Below are positions 34,566 to 36,225 of a DNA stretch of 36,225 nucleotides, piece by piece. The stretch spans positions 1,346,818-1,383,042 of the forward strand of contig NW_005434673.1 of assembly GCF_000315625.1 (NCBI RefSeq), read 5' to 3'. The stretch is from Guillardia theta CCMP2712 (lineage: Eukaryota; Protista; Cryptophyta). The position numbers and the translations under genes are program-made. Numbering within the stretch: position 1 is the first letter of the stretch; each line of letters opens with the position of its first letter. The notes under the pieces were generated by a model that was given only the letters and a program-made list of their open reading frames with translations, was not told the DNA's origin and searched no databases.

Positions 34566-36114
34566 ATCAGCGCCGGTCTCGTCAGGCTCGAGGGGTGAAG
34601 GATCAGTCAGGGAGAGCGATGCTCGCAACGAAACTTCACCTTCGCAGGATGGTGACTACGACCAGGTTGAAGCTGCGGATGTTGGTACCGAAGACTCGTT
34701 GAAGATGCTCAGGAAGTTGGCAGAGGATGATGCTGAAGTGATGGAGGACGAGGAGGGAGGTTCTAACAGCTCTCACAATAGTCACCGCGAGCATGGAGGT
34801 TCCCCACTAGAAGCCAACGAGGTGAATGCTGAGAGAAATTCGGAGGAGGTGGGGCAGACGGAAACAAAGGCAGCCATGAAGACTTCTGAGGACAAGAAGG
34901 AGGAGAAGAAGGAGAGAATACTATGGGATCCCACGGGACGAGATGCTAAGACGATAGAGCGAGCGAAGAAGCTGAAGGAGGAAGGAGACTCAAAGTTCAA
35001 GCGATCTCTGTTCGAGGACGCCATGCAACTGTATTCTGATGCGCTGGTGACCCTGAGTGAGGACATTGGGTACGAGGAGGAGCGGCTGGTATGCCTGTCC
35101 AACAGAGCTGCTTGTGGCATGCAGGTGCGGGACTACTCGCAGGTGGTGAGGGACTGCAGCCTTGTGCTCGAGGACGATGAGAAGAACCTCAAGGCGCTGG
35201 CTCGTCGCTGCCTCGCCTACGAAGGGCTCGAGAAGTTTGCGAGAGCTGCTGAGGACGCAAGGACAGTGTTGAGCATCGAGTACGCGAGCGGCGCTCCTCT
35301 CTCGGCCTTGGGCATGCGAGTGAAGGACTGCCTGCAGCGATGTAAGCGACTGTGCCCTGAGCTCGAGGGCGTCAAGATCCCCTTGCTGGATCCCAAGAGC
35401 TGCACGGCAGGAGGAGGCTCAGGCTCGCAAAGAGCAGCTCAGCAGGAGGTGGCAAAGACAGCAAGAAGCAGCGAAACAAAGGATGACAAGCAAGCGAACG
35501 AGGAGGCCAGGAGGGTGAAGCCAGAGGAGGGACGAAAGGGTGGGAAGGCAGCGGAAGAAGGGAGGAGCAACAAGAGAGTCATCGAGGAAGACACCAGCAA
35601 AGAAAAAGAGGAGGGGAAGGGTAAGAAGATAGAGGAGGAGGGGAAGGGTAAGAAGGTGGAGGAGGAGGGGAAGGGTAAGAAGATAGAGGAGGAGGGGAAG
35701 GGTAAGAAGGTGGAGGAGGAGGGGAAGGGTAAGAAGGTGGAGGCGGAAGGAAGGTCTTCCAAGTGGAAGGAGGCGGAGGACAGCAAGGTCAAAGGCAACC
35801 TCGCCTTCAAGGCTGGGAAGTATCAGCTGGCCCTGATGCATTACTGCGCTGCCATTGAGCTGGTCGGCCATCATCCCACGTACTCCACCAACCTTGCAGC
35901 CACCTACCTGGCGCTCAAGGACTATGAGAACGCTCGCGTGAGCTCGGAGGCGGCGATGGCAGTGGACGCTTCCTACCCCAAGGCCTTCTACCGCCATGCG
36001 CAGGCGCTGGAGGGACTGGGAAGGCTGCCGGAGGCCCTTGAGACGATCGAGAAGGGGCTGCGGCTGCTGCCGGAAAGCGAACAGATGAAGGAGATGAAGG
36101 AGGTGAGACGGTGA
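32358..36114 (+). CDS. SPAG1/RPAP3-like TPR co-chaperone (R2TP/R2SP type); probably continues beyond the window
   Basis: N-terminal YSYDYFREWDKFD-VEEELKRIE motif resembles RPAP3/SPAG1. Four carboxylate-clamp-type TPR clusters start KEKGNECF, KDLGNDKY, KEEGDSKF and KVKGNLAF. A gag|gtgag donor near 36103 leads into a GGGA-repeat intron. Confidence 0.78.
35605..35745 (+). repeat. Coding 27-bp tandem repeat (EEEGKGKK[IV]) x ~5
   Basis: gaggaggaggggaagggtaagaag(ata/gtg) repeated within the TPR gene. Confidence 0.92.
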
Positions 36115-36125
36115 AAGGAGTCAGA

Positions 36126-36225
36126 GAGGAGGGAGGGAGGGAGGGAGGGGAGGGGAGGGGAGGGGAGGGGAGGGAGGGAGGGAGGGAGGGAGGGAGGGAG
36201 GGAGGGAGGGAGGGAGGGAGGGAGG
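36126..36225. repeat. (GGGA)n microsatellite, intronic
   Basis: Visible at the window end. Confidence 0.9.

Noticed and set aside
33313-35997. Long antisense ORFs opposite the TPR gene
   Set aside because: Shadow ORFs produced by sense-strand codon bias.

Overview
Intron-rich eukaryotic nuclear DNA, most consistent with a cryptophyte such as Guillardia theta. That assignment is an inference from the 45-110 nt introns, the CT/GA microsatellite introns, a complex-plastid targeting leader and a CEHG-repeat gene. In order, the window holds: the 3' end of the RNA polymerase III largest subunit; a thylakoid-lumen-targeted protein; a ~7.5 kb gene-poor island (direct repeats, a 13 x 18-aa CxH/CxxC repeat gene, a C-to-T-decayed pseudogene, degenerate sequence); a spliced gene joining an HMG-box to a giant-virus-type TATA-binding-protein-like domain; a P-loop GTPase spanning an assembly gap; a secreted coiled-coil protein; a GCR1/cAR-type GPCR; an anoctamin; COX16; an EF-hand/Cys-repeat/C2/TM membrane protein; a hypothetical gene; an inositol polyphosphate kinase; an SLC1/DAACS transporter; and a SPAG1/RPAP3-like TPR co-chaperone that runs off the window end. 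The best novelty candidate is the HMG-box + NCLDV-type TBP-like fusion (10334-12805), followed by the modular CEHG zinc-repeat array. Exon boundaries were reconstructed by eye and no database searches were run.
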